IMG/VR virus record: IMGVR_UViG_3300035703_000054
Span: 15,267 to 79,266 of that record
DNA length: 64,000 nt
DNA from: a virus
Reading direction: 5' to 3' (one strand)
Numbering within the stretch: the first letter of the stretch is position 1; each line of letters opens with the position of its first letter. Below, one piece after another: positions 28,226-37,601 of this stretch. The position numbers and the translations under genes are program-made. The notes beneath the pieces were generated by a model. That model searched no databases, was not told the DNA's origin, and worked only from the letters and a program-made list of their open reading frames with translations.

Positions 28226-28588
28226 ATGTCAGAGACCCTGACCGAAGCTCAGCGCGAGTATCGATTCCAACAGCTTTATGAGATGTATATGGAGGGCAAG
28301 TCGTACCGTGAACTGGCCGCCCTCTTTAAAATCAGCGCTGAACGTGTTCGCCAGATTTTACATTCGGGCGTTAATGACACTCAGTTAAAAGAACTGCGTC
28401 GCCGAATCGATAACCGGTGTATGAACACCTGGAGGGCAAAAGAAGTTTGTAACTTGCTGGACGCAGGTCACAGCTGCCGCAAGGTTTCTGAGATTTTGAA
28501 TATCTCGATCTCGGCTGTTAAACGTGTTTCGGCTCGGCATAGGAAAAACGCACCAGTTCGCCTTACACCGGGAGTAAAATCAATTTAA
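28226..28588 (+). CDS. Tandem HTH DNA-binding protein (sigma region 4-like)
   Basis: EGKSYRELAALFKISAERVRQIL and AGHSCRKVSEILNISISAVKRV. Confidence 0.7.
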   Translation: MSETLTEAQREYRFQQLYEMYMEGKSYRELAALFKISAERVRQILHSGVNDTQLKELRRRIDNRCMNTWRAKEVCNLLDAGHSCRKVSEILNISISAVKRVSARHRKNAPVRLTPGVKSI

Positions 28589-28652
28589 TATTCGATCTTA
28601 GTCCTTGCAGGATGTAGAATCGAGATTAGGAGGCTAGATGTAAACTTTCTCG

Positions 28653-29576
28653 ATGACCCTAGCTCCTTGCCCCACTCACGGAAGTACATATCGCGCTCTG
28701 CATGAGCATAACTTCCGCGGCATCGTGGAGGTCATCGACGATCTTTTCCTTACTATCTCTGGAGTCGTGGGAACAACTAGCTACTCCAGGTGCGCCGTAG
28801 GATACCCTTGGAATTTCGAGGGTATTGTACGTGCGCTAGAAGATCTTAACACTACTATAAGCGGTATTCAAGGCGGAGGTACGAATATCGCCGCTGGTTC
28901 TGGTATTTACACAACTACTAGCGGTGACGTCACTCTTATTAACAGCGCTATTGTTGGCGGTTCTGGTGTTTATATCACTTATAGCGGAAGTTACGCACAA
29001 GTTAATACCAGTGTTACGGCAGCTTCTGGCATCATTTATACCGCTGGTTCGGGTCTTTATCTTTCTGATGGCGGCACTCGCCTGAACTTAGGTGCTTACG
29101 GAGAGGGATCTACTTCTGTCACTTACAACGGCAATCAAGTAGCCATCAGCGGCGCTGCTGGCGGAGCTTCTGCTGTCACGGTCTCCGGCTCTCCTGAGGC
29201 GGGGTACAAGGCCGGTCAGCTCTGGTTTGACACTAATCAGGGTCGTTTGTTCGTCTATGCCAGCGGCAACGGTGTCGCGTCGCCCGCGTGGTATCAGACC
29301 AATTCTGATTCTGTTGTTCTCAAAGGGGATCTTCCGCCTTCTGGCACTGGACTTAATGCGCCTGTTCGGGACGGAAGCCTCTGGTTCAGCACTCTAGTAG
29401 GTAATTTGTTTGTATATGATGCAACTACGAGCGGATGGTATGAAACAGGACCTTCCAGAACTTTTGCATACGGTCCCACTGAGCCTGCCGCTACAAGCGC
29501 TCCAGGAGCAGGTTGGTATGACACGGCTAATCAACATATTCGAGTTTGGACTGGCACAGGCTGGGTTCAGGCTTAG
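28653..29576 (+). CDS. Tail-fibre-like virion protein
   Basis: Repeated G.LWF.T...L.VY motifs; 13 Ser-Gly dipeptides. Confidence 0.65.
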   Translation: MTLAPCPTHGSTYRALHEHNFRGIVEVIDDLFLTISGVVGTTSYSRCAVGYPWNFEGIVRALEDLNTTISGIQGGGTNIAAGSGIYTTTSGDVTLINSAIVGGSGVYITYSGSYAQVNTSVTAASGIIYTAGSGLYLSDGGTRLNLGAYGEGSTSVTYNGNQVAISGAAGGASAVTVSGSPEAGYKAGQLWFDTNQGRLFVYASGNGVASPAWYQTNSDSVVLKGDLPPSGTGLNAPVRDGSLWFSTLVGNLFVYDATTSGWYETGPSRTFAYGPTEPAATSAPGAGWYDTANQHIRVWTGTGWVQA

Positions 29577-29601
29577 TATCTGAGCGCTCCGTCTTTCGGT
29601 C

Positions 29602-29730
29602 ATGGCCAAACCCAAATCCAACGTTCAGAAAATCGAGCGCAAGCCTAAAACCACTTCCTTAGGACACAGCGTTTTATCGCGTCCTCGTCGACGCGGAAAA
29701 AAGCGTTATAGGGGCCAAGGTCGCGGCTAA
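29602..29730 (+). CDS. Small basic protein (42 aa)
   Basis: MAKPKSNVQKIERKPK...KKRYRGQGRG; below ORF-track cutoff. Confidence 0.6.
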   Translation: MAKPKSNVQKIERKPKTTSLGHSVLSRPRRRGKKRYRGQGRG

Positions 29731-29754
29731 TATTTAGTTAAACCACGTACTTAA

Positions 29755-30138
29755 ATGGCTATCGTTTCTTTTATTGCTTCTAGTTCTATATCTGCCGGAG
29801 ACGCAGTTTATTTGACTGCGTCTGGGTTTGTACAGAAAGCTATCGCCACGAATCAGCAGCAAGCCTCCGTTGCCGGCGTGGCTGTTGACACAGTCTCGTC
29901 CGGTTCTCTCGTTCGCGTTAATCCGGATTCTGTTTACACAGCTTTTACTTCACTTACCCCAGGAGAGTTAAGGTATTTATCTATCGCAACTTCTGGCGCC
30001 CTTGTTGATTATGCGACCTGGCAGACTCAGCTCAACGCTTTGTCTGCCTCCGGCGCATTTTTAACCACAGTTGGACGTTCTTTAACTTCCACAAACATGG
30101 ATGTTGAGATATCCAAACCCTTGTACATCACAAAATAG
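29755..30138 (+). CDS. Virion accessory protein (fibre/cement-like)
   Basis: AGDAVYL...AGVAVDTVSSGSLVRV; similar to 30928..31437. Confidence 0.55.
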   Translation: MAIVSFIASSSISAGDAVYLTASGFVQKAIATNQQQASVAGVAVDTVSSGSLVRVNPDSVYTAFTSLTPGELRYLSIATSGALVDYATWQTQLNALSASGAFLTTVGRSLTSTNMDVEISKPLYITK

Positions 30139-30277
30139 GCATTTCATAATCTTGCGTTACGTTTACGTAATGCTTCCATATTACTTCTGAACTATTTCCT
30201 GCCCATTTTGCCGCTTGTGCGACGGGGATTCCTTCCTCTAGCCAGCGGCTTATTGCTGTGTGCCGCAGAGTAGGCAC
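30128..30277 (-). pseudogene. C-terminal fragment of a tyrosine recombinase/integrase
   Basis: Manual translation PTLRHTAISRWLEEGIPVAQAAKWAGNSSEVIWKHY...; in-frame stop upstream and no N-terminal domains. Confidence 0.7.
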
Positions 30278-30412
30278 TGTTGTATCCTGAAGTAGCTGAA
30301 CGCCATATACTACACCTTTTTTCTTTGGTCCGTCTGGTTTGCCGGCCGGGCGCCGGGGTTCGTAAGCCAGAAAATTGCTTTATACTTAGAGCACTGCAGT
30401 TGACTGCTGAAA

Positions 30413-30931
30413 GTGTTTGTTTTAGACGGAAAACCTCTTGCCCTAGATGTTCCGTTTGAAGCGAACGGAACTCTTTATCCTGCTAACTGGCTTCGTTTAG
30501 CTACTCCAGACGAACGAGCTGCTATAGGAATTACAGAAGAACCTGATCCTCCTTATTATGATCAGCGTTTCTATTGGGGGTATACCGCGAGCGGGACTTT
30601 AATTCCCAAAGATCATGGTGTTTTGGTGTCTGGCTGGGTTGATCAAACTCGTCAAACAGCTAATACTATTCTCTTCCCGACTGACTGGATGGTTGTTAGG
30701 GAAGTTGATAACGGCGTTCCGATGTCGAGCGGAGTTAAAGCTTGGCGTCAGGAAACGCGAGAAGCTTGCGAGGTAAAGGTCTACATAATCCGAGACACTG
30801 ATACCACTGATGAATTAGCTAGCTACATAACCGGACCCCTTTACCCGGTGTGGCCGCCGCTAGATCCCCCTACTCCGGTCGATCCTTCTGGCGTTAGTCC
30901 GTCTGGTGTTACTCCCTCTGGAGTTGTGTGA
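30413..30931 (+). CDS. Tail fibre assembly-like protein
   Basis: YPANWLRLAT..ER.AIGITEEPDP..YDQRFYWG; PTDWMVVRE; PSGV x3 tail. Confidence 0.6.
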   Translation: MFVLDGKPLALDVPFEANGTLYPANWLRLATPDERAAIGITEEPDPPYYDQRFYWGYTASGTLIPKDHGVLVSGWVDQTRQTANTILFPTDWMVVREVDNGVPMSSGVKAWRQETREACEVKVYIIRDTDTTDELASYITGPLYPVWPPLDPPTPVDPSGVSPSGVTPSGVV

Positions 30932-31437
30932 TCATGACGAATCGCGCCATTTTCAATCGGCAATACACCGATTACACCCCTGGCGGTCAACAAGTTTGGC
31001 TTGTCAACGGGGCTGGAGTTACAACCACTCCTGTAACTACACAAACTTACACAGCCGGAGAAACCTTAATTCAAGGTCAGGCTGTTTATGTAAGCGGAGC
31101 TTACGCCTTGTCCGCCGTGGCAAGCAGCGGGATTGATGCTACTCGATACAACCCCATCGGTATTACAGCCGCCGGAGCTGCTACGTCGGCTTCTGTTTCA
31201 GTGATTGTTGATGATGTTGCAGTTATCGGACCTGCCAATGTCGCTGACGGCAGTCCCTTAGTGCCGGGTCGGTATTATTACTTATCTAAGTACACAGGGC
31301 AGATTACTGCTTATTCCACCGCGTCCGGAACTGTGACTGCTTCAGGCGGATATGCCGCTCTTGTTTCGATGGGTCAAGCTCTGAGTCCGACTGAGCTTCA
31401 ACTCGAAATCGAACCCCCCGTCGTTCTTTACGACTGA
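30928..31437 (+). CDS. Virion accessory protein (paralogue of 29755..30138)
   Basis: AGETLIQGQAVYVSG...IGITAAG. Confidence 0.55.
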   Translation: MIMTNRAIFNRQYTDYTPGGQQVWLVNGAGVTTTPVTTQTYTAGETLIQGQAVYVSGAYALSAVASSGIDATRYNPIGITAAGAATSASVSVIVDDVAVIGPANVADGSPLVPGRYYYLSKYTGQITAYSTASGTVTASGGYAALVSMGQALSPTELQLEIEPPVVLYD

Positions 31438-31465
31438 CGTATAATTACCTTATAGGTGTGATCCG

Positions 31466-32257
31466 ATGGCAACTCGTAAACCTCTAGTTGTAATTAGCGG
31501 TCTCACGTCCGAGTTGCCGCCTGGTGATCTAGTACCAGGTATTGATACTACTGCTCAAGCTTCGGGCAACGCAGCTTTAGTTGTTGCTTCGAACGCTTTA
31601 GCTAGCGGAAATCTTGGTATTGCTGATGCTGCCGTTGCGCTAGCATCCGGTAATGCAGCCCTGATCGTGGGCGCCAACGCGCTTTCTTCAGGTAACGCGG
31701 CTCTTGCATCCGGTAACGCAGCGTTAGTTAACTCTGCAACAGCGCTTGCATCTGGCAATGCTGCTCTGGTTGTTTCAACCAGCGCTCTAGCTTCCGGAAA
31801 TGCTGCTCTTGTTAATGCCGCCGCTGCCCAGGCTTCAGGTAATGCCGCTTTAGGTTCTCTAGCGAATAAATACGATAAAACCGGCGGTCCGATTAGCGGT
31901 CCTGTTGTTGTCCAATCTCAATCGATTGGATCTCCTACAACTATTCAGGCTTCTGGCGTCATTATTTTAAACTTCGGTGCCGGTAATAACTTTGAGGTCA
32001 CGCTCACTAGCGGCACTCAAACGTTAGCTTCCCCCGCCAACGCCAGCGGCGGTCAAACAGGCACAATTATCGTTCGTCAGGATAATACCGGATCCCGCTT
32101 GCTGACTTATAGCGGCGCCTGGTCTTTCCAGAGTAATACTGCTCCAACGTTAACGACTACCGCAAGCGGCGTGGATTTGCTCGCCTATTACGTTGTTAAC
32201 CCCAGCCGTATTAACACGGTAGCTACTTTAAACTACGGCTCCGGTACTGTCGCCTGA
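31466..32257 (+). CDS. Fibre protein with ALASGNA repeats
   Basis: Repeat region followed by a beta-rich C-terminal domain (TLASPANASGGQTGTIIVRQD.TGSR). Confidence 0.7.
   Translation: MATRKPLVVISGLTSELPPGDLVPGIDTTAQASGNAALVVASNALASGNLGIADAAVALASGNAALIVGANALSSGNAALASGNAALVNSATALASGNAALVVSTSALASGNAALVNAAAAQASGNAALGSLANKYDKTGGPISGPVVVQSQSIGSPTTIQASGVIILNFGAGNNFEVTLTSGTQTLASPANASGGQTGTIIVRQDNTGSRLLTYSGAWSFQSNTAPTLTTTASGVDLLAYYVVNPSRINTVATLNYGSGTVA
31553..31867 (+). repeat. Eight A(L/Q)(A/S)SGN units, mostly 14-aa period
   Basis: Directly visible in the translation; synonymous codons vary between units. Confidence 0.9.
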
Positions 32258-32267
32258 GGATAAAAAA

Positions 32268-34691
32268 ATGAGCGGTTTAGTAGGTAATCCTTTTCTGCTT
32301 ACTTCTGCTGGCGCTGCGGGGTATCAGATCAGCCGGTCGCTGCGGTTCAACAGTAGTGACAGTGCCTACTGTGACCGCAGTTTCACTTCGGCAGGAAACA
32401 GAAAGACTTGGACGTTTGCAGCGTGGGTCAAACTCTCTGCGTTAACAGGAACTAATTCAAGTGGCGGCGGAACTCTCTTTCATTGCCGCAATGGTACAGG
32501 CGATGATGGAATTACCGATTTTCTTATCAATACAGACGGCACAGTCGTTTTTACCGGCGGCGCTAGCACATGGCTCACCACGACACAGGTGTTGCGTGAC
32601 TTCTCAGCTTGGTATCACTTAGTCATGTCGGTCGATACGACCGCCGCCACTGCATCTAATAGGCTACGCCTCTACATAAATGGATCACAAGTAACGACAT
32701 TCAACGTCAATGTTAGTCCGACCCAGAACTCTGATCTTGCTATCAACCAAGCTGCAACACACCGGATTGGCGGACGCCCCTCTTTCAGTGTGTTTTTCAA
32801 CGGCTACCTAGCCGACATCCACTTCATCGACGGACAAGCCCTAACACCATCCAGCTTCACAGAAGTCAGTGCCACTACTGGGCAACTCGTTCCTATTGCT
32901 TACACCGGCAGTTTCGGTACAAATGGCTTCTGGCTGAAGTTCAGCGATAACTCAGCCGCCACTGCCACCACCCTTGGCAAGGATTACAGCGGCAACAGCA
33001 ATAACTGGACGCCGAATAACCTCAGCGTCAGCGCTGGTGCAGGCAACGATTCCCTCGTAGACACCCCGACTTCTTACGGCACCGATACAGGCGTGGGCGG
33101 GGAGGTGAGGGGAAATTATGCGACATTTAATCCCGTTGCTGCAGGGCTTGGCACTTTGTCAAACGGCAATCTCGATGTTGCCGCCGCCGGTGGTCACGGT
33201 ACAAGGAACGCAACAATCGGCGTATCAAGCGGGAAATGGTACTCAGAGTTTAATCTACCAACAGCGGCAGTTTGTGGGTTAGGAATTACATCCCGTAACA
33301 CTGCTTATGCTACTTGGCCCGATAACACTGCTGGGAATTACTGGTTTTATTTTGATGGAGGGACTAAGTATTTTTATCCGGGCGGCGGCACTCAGGCTAC
33401 GAGTATTGGTGCCCCTGCAACTGGTATTTGGAAAGTTGCCTTAGACCTTGATTCCGGCAAATGCTGGCTCGGCACCGGCAGTATTTGGTACGACTCAGCG
33501 TGGAATCAAACCGGAAACCCTGCCACAGGTGCTAATCCTACTTTCTCATCATTACCTGCAGCAACCTATTTTATGTTTGCTGAGACTCAAATAGGTACAT
33601 CTTGGCAAGCTAATTTCGGTCAGCGCCCGTGGGGACAAACTTGTCCAAGCGGATTCAAGGCCCTGTGCGATACCAACCTGCCCGCCCCAGTAGTCGCCAA
33701 GCCTAATAGCGTCTTTGATGTTGCTCTGTGGACTGGGAATGGATCTGCACGCAGTATTACGGGTCTGAACTTCAACCCTGATTTTGTTTGGATCAAAGGC
33801 CGTTCTGGCGCTACCGATCACGCTCTATATGACGCAGTGCGTGGTGCAACTATTGATCTTGTAAGCAATAGCACTGCCGCTGAAACAACTCAAACCCAAG
33901 GCTTGACGGCTTTCAACAGTGACGGGTTCAGCCTTGGCACACTGGCGAAAGTCAATACCAACACAGCCACCTATGCAGGCTGGGCGTGGGACGCCGGCAG
34001 TTCAACGGTCACCAACACACAAGGCTCCATCACTAGTCAGGTGAGGGCTAATGCCAGTGCGGGGTTCTCGATTGTTACTTATACGGGGACAGGTGCCAAT
34101 GCAACGGTGGGGCATGGGTTGGGCGTAACGCCTAGTTTCATTATTGTGAAAAGCCGAAGCAATACTACTGATTGGCAGGGTTACCACGGCGCATTGGGCA
34201 AGGACTACACCATTCAGTTAATGTCAACAGGGGCCGCTATCAACGTAAGCAACTATTGGAATGGCGGTGTAAGTTCTACTACTTTTGGCATCAATGGTGC
34301 ATACGATGGCATTAACGCAAATGGGTATACCTACGTCGCTTATTGTTTTTCGCCAGTAGCCGGGTACTCTTCTTTCGGCAGCTACACCGGCAATGGCAGC
34401 GCGGATGGGCCGTTTGTGTATACGGGGCATCGTGTGAGATGGTTGCTAGTTAAGAATGCGACTAATGGGGGAAGTTGGGTTCTCCATGATACAACTCGAT
34501 CCACATACAACGTTTCTGGGCAAGAACTGCTGCCGGACTCTTCTGGCGCGGAATACACTTTTACTCGCTTTGATTTCTTGTCAAATGGGTTTAAGGGGCG
34601 CAGCACCAACAACGCCAGTAACACCAACGGCGATATCTATATTTACGCCGCCTTCGCAGAAAACCCCTTCCAATACGCCCGCGCCCGATGA
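32268..34691 (+). CDS. Large receptor-binding/tail fibre protein (LamG/concanavalin-like + SPRY-like domains)
   Basis: SLRFNS, WTFAAWVK, WYHLV, RLYING, FNGYLADIHFIDG; GKWYSEF; FSIVTYTG. Confidence 0.75.
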   Translation: MSGLVGNPFLLTSAGAAGYQISRSLRFNSSDSAYCDRSFTSAGNRKTWTFAAWVKLSALTGTNSSGGGTLFHCRNGTGDDGITDFLINTDGTVVFTGGASTWLTTTQVLRDFSAWYHLVMSVDTTAATASNRLRLYINGSQVTTFNVNVSPTQNSDLAINQAATHRIGGRPSFSVFFNGYLADIHFIDGQALTPSSFTEVSATTGQLVPIAYTGSFGTNGFWLKFSDNSAATATTLGKDYSGNSNNWTPNNLSVSAGAGNDSLVDTPTSYGTDTGVGGEVRGNYATFNPVAAGLGTLSNGNLDVAAAGGHGTRNATIGVSSGKWYSEFNLPTAAVCGLGITSRNTAYATWPDNTAGNYWFYFDGGTKYFYPGGGTQATSIGAPATGIWKVALDLDSGKCWLGTGSIWYDSAWNQTGNPATGANPTFSSLPAATYFMFAETQIGTSWQANFGQRPWGQTCPSGFKALCDTNLPAPVVAKPNSVFDVALWTGNGSARSITGLNFNPDFVWIKGRSGATDHALYDAVRGATIDLVSNSTAAETTQTQGLTAFNSDGFSLGTLAKVNTNTATYAGWAWDAGSSTVTNTQGSITSQVRANASAGFSIVTYTGTGANATVGHGLGVTPSFIIVKSRSNTTDWQGYHGALGKDYTIQLMSTGAAINVSNYWNGGVSSTTFGINGAYDGINANGYTYVAYCFSPVAGYSSFGSYTGNGSADGPFVYTGHRVRWLLVKNATNGGSWVLHDTTRSTYNVSGQELLPDSSGAEYTFTRFDFLSNGFKGRSTNNASNTNGDIYIYAAFAENPFQYARAR

Positions 34692-34761
34692 CACGCACCT
34701 CTAGCAAAGTCTACCTTTGTATAAGCCGCACAGGTTATACAGCCTTAGAGATAGGTAACTC

Positions 34762-34968
34762 ATGAAAACCAACCACAAACAATTTATTCGGGCCTTTATC
34801 GTCGAATTTCTGGGCAATGAGGATGTTCGCCATCGGCTGGATGCACTTTCCGACTCCGTAAAGCTTCGCACTGGCGAAGATCTCGACCCGTTTGAAGCAA
34901 TCCAGTTCTATGAGCAAGAAGTGAGTCGAATCGAAAAGCTCTTTAACTATCCTGAGTTGCCCTCCTAG
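34762..34968 (+). CDS. Hypothetical protein
   Basis: 68-aa ORF with GGTAA upstream. Confidence 0.5.
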   Translation: MKTNHKQFIRAFIVEFLGNEDVRHRLDALSDSVKLRTGEDLDPFEAIQFYEQEVSRIEKLFNYPELPS

Positions 34969-34983
34969 TGAACACGCCTAGTG

Positions 34984-35862
34984 CTATTTTAATTTTTTAA
35001 ACAGATTTTTCGCTTGCCTCTGCCATATAGTTTTCCAGTGTTTCCAGAATTTTTGACATAATTCCTGGGTTTCTGTGTACTTACCCGTTTTTTCAATTTG
35101 TTGCAGCGTTTCGACCGCAGCTTCCCACGTATCCTCACAGACGAACGGCAACGTGGGCTCACCTAGGAACACACCCTGCCAGTAAGACGGATGCAGATGC
35201 CAGTATCCGGTGTTTCTCACGCAGACTGGGACTGATCCCGCTTCAAGCGCTTCGTATAATCTAAATGAATCCATACTATCCTGTCCTGGAGGGCATAGAA
35301 CATATTTAGAACTCTGCAGTAACTTTGTGTACTCTTTAGTTTGCAAACCGTCCACAGCTCCGAAACCGCTACATGTGTGAACCTTATTAGGCGTTAAAAC
35401 ATCGAGTTTTTCTATTATATTTTTTCGTTCGCCGTGAAGGGTTCCTGCAAACGACCAGAGCAGATCCTTTGAAGGTTGATTTTGTAAGTTTTTAACTAAG
35501 CCTATTTTATAACCTAAGCCGAATACGTTAACTCGCGGATGACCTAGAAGCATCGGATTTATATAGTTACGCATCAGCCCCACGCATTGCGGGTCGTGGA
35601 TCCATTCGCAAGGATCCCTTAAATTCTCGTCGCTAAGCAGCACAATCGCATATTTCTTTTGATTTGTTCTTAAACGATCTAAAACGCTACGATACGGAAC
35701 TGCATGGTTACAAATTAACACCGTATTTTCATCTGTCTTTATTTGATCTGCTTCAAACTCAACTTCTATGTAATCCTGAACCTGACTAAATAGAAACCTA
35801 AGCCAGTCAACCTCCCACAATGAGCTGTCCTTAGTGAGCCATTGCACTCGGGGGCGGTTCAT
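34984..35862 (-). CDS. Exostosin-like (GT47) glycosyltransferase
   Basis: LWSFAG...EYTKLLQSSKYVLCPPG..SMDSFRLYEALEAGSVPV; likely start MNRPRVQW at 35862. Confidence 0.8.
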   Translation of the reverse strand: MNRPRVQWLTKDSSLWEVDWLRFLFSQVQDYIEVEFEADQIKTDENTVLICNHAVPYRSVLDRLRTNQKKYAIVLLSDENLRDPCEWIHDPQCVGLMRNYINPMLLGHPRVNVFGLGYKIGLVKNLQNQPSKDLLWSFAGTLHGERKNIIEKLDVLTPNKVHTCSGFGAVDGLQTKEYTKLLQSSKYVLCPPGQDSMDSFRLYEALEAGSVPVCVRNTGYWHLHPSYWQGVFLGEPTLPFVCEDTWEAAVETLQQIEKTGKYTETQELCQKFWKHWKTIWQRQAKNLFKKLK

Positions 35863-35932
35863 GACCTTTTGTGAGTAGGTAAGGACTGTAGCTGTTGTTT
35901 CGGGAAACCGCACTACAATTGAAACAGTTTGG

Positions 35933-36301
35933 GTGCGTTTGATGGGCAGCGGCAAGCATTGTGTTCTGGAGCTTTACCGCGCCTCTGCGCAAAAACTTAA
36001 TGACGAAGCTTTCATTCGCGATGCTTTGGCTGAGGCCGCCCGCGTGTCTCATGCGACTTTAATTGATATCCGAACCCATCCGTTCACCCCTCAGGGTGTC
36101 ACCGGTTTTGCTTTACTCGCCGAGTCTCATATTTCGATCCACACGTGGCCCGAGCACGGATACGCCGCCGTCGATGTGTTTACTTGCGGTGAGAGAACGG
36201 ATCCTGAGCTGGCTTGCTTGTTTTTGGCTGAAACTTTTGAAGCAGCCTCTAAGCACATTCTCACTCTTGATCGATATTTGCCCGATTTAATTCAAGTTTG
36301 A
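35933..36301 (+). CDS. speD: Pyruvoyl-dependent S-adenosylmethionine decarboxylase family proenzyme
   Basis: GKHCVLEL, PQGVTG..LLAESHISIHTWPEHGYAAVDVFTCG. Confidence 0.92.
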   Translation: MRLMGSGKHCVLELYRASAQKLNDEAFIRDALAEAARVSHATLIDIRTHPFTPQGVTGFALLAESHISIHTWPEHGYAAVDVFTCGERTDPELACLFLAETFEAASKHILTLDRYLPDLIQV

Positions 36302-36345
36302 CGCTGTATCTCTAGCTAAACTTGTTTTGAGCCGCACTCACGTCT

Positions 36346-36711
36346 GTGAGCGAACGGGATCTTCTTTTTGATCTTTCTTGTCTGCAGAAACGATTTGCTA
36401 AAAAAAGATTCCGACAACAAATTTTTGAAGATTGGAGGTGTTGTGCCTACTGTTATAGAGAAAAGCCTACCACTTTAGATCATGTAATACCCAAAGCATT
36501 AGGAGGTTCTACGATAAGAAAAAATTTAGTAGCAGCCTGTGCGGACTGCAACCTTCAAAAGTCTAGTGAAAATTGGTGCGTTTGGTACAGATCACAAAAC
36601 TTTTGGACTCAGGAAAGAGAGGATCGTATTCTCCATTGGGTTAACCAATCAGAGTCTGATCCTCTTTCTTTAGTCCCTATCTGCCGGAAAATTTTCCCCG
36701 CGACCGCCTAA
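36346..36711 (+). CDS. HNH endonuclease
   Basis: CAYC...TLDHVIPKALGG....NLVAACADCNLQK. Confidence 0.88.
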   Translation: MSERDLLFDLSCLQKRFAKKRFRQQIFEDWRCCAYCYREKPTTLDHVIPKALGGSTIRKNLVAACADCNLQKSSENWCVWYRSQNFWTQEREDRILHWVNQSESDPLSLVPICRKIFPATA

Positions 36712-37364
36712 GTAAGCAAGCATTCTTTGCAGTCACAGGAGATAGCGTCTAAATTGTTAAGAGGTTTGCCTATTTTATCTAATTCAAACTCCAGGATCTT
36801 GTCATTGTAGATGCGAGCAGCCTCAATTTTGCAAGTGTATAACCCGAGAGAGTAACGGCTGCCCCTATGTCTGACGGACACTCTCCATTTTTCAGCCTGT
36901 TTATGCCAATATACTCCTACTGCTCCGCTGACGTTGTCTGTACGTTTTCCTCTATTTTGCGCTTGAAGTAAGCTATCTCCTAGCCTTAGATTCCACCCAT
37001 TGTTATTTAAAGGGTTCCTATCTTTGTGATCGACTAAAGCCTTTTTTGGATCAGTTTTGTAGATCATAAAATATATGATCCTCGAAACATAATACTGCGT
37101 TCCGTCGACGCGCACTCGCCAGTCAAGCCGATCTTTTTTAGTTGAATGGACGTATAACTTTCCAGCATCATCTCCTGTTGTTATCTTTCCTTTTCCGTTA
37201 ACTCGCCACAGAAGTCCAGACTTGATACCGTACTGAGACGGCTTAATCGGAACTACTTCTAATAATTCATTTAACCGCTCAAGCGGCGGCAGCGGCTTAA
37301 ACTTAGGCATCGGCCTGGTGTCGCAGGTTGATCGGCCTCGGGAGCTGACACTCGCCGAGGCCAA
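36708..37364 (-). CDS. HNH homing endonuclease with AP2-like domain
   Basis: VDHKDRNPLNNNGWNLR, NVSGAVGVYWHKQAEKW, LGLYTCKIEAARIY; likely start MPKFKPLP. Confidence 0.85.
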   Translation of the reverse strand: MASASVSSRGRSTCDTRPMPKFKPLPPLERLNELLEVVPIKPSQYGIKSGLLWRVNGKGKITTGDDAGKLYVHSTKKDRLDWRVRVDGTQYYVSRIIYFMIYKTDPKKALVDHKDRNPLNNNGWNLRLGDSLLQAQNRGKRTDNVSGAVGVYWHKQAEKWRVSVRHRGSRYSLGLYTCKIEAARIYNDKILEFELDKIGKPLNNLDAISCDCKECLLT

Positions 37365-37396
37365 CCAATATAGCGGGCTTTCACCACTGCGGATGG

Positions 37397-37573
37397 TTAT
37401 TTTTTAGCTAATTTGCTTATAAAACCAGCTAATATCTCAACAATTCTGTAGTACTTAGCTAGCGCTTCATCATCTTTGGGCGTGCTTGTCATATTCACAA
37501 TCAACAGCGCCACCGCGTGGACCGCGATTAAAATCTCCACTAGATTTTTGGCATTTTCCAGAAGATTGTCCAT
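37397..37573 (-). CDS. Small membrane protein, holin candidate (58 aa)
   Basis: Manual translation with hydrophobic ILIAVHAVALLIVNM then TPKDDEA; near endolysin. Confidence 0.5.
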   Translation of the reverse strand: MDNLLENAKNLVEILIAVHAVALLIVNMTSTPKDDEALAKYYRIVEILAGFISKLAKK

Positions 37574-37601
37574 GGTAAAAGAGTTTCTTTTTTTAGTGTA
37601 C

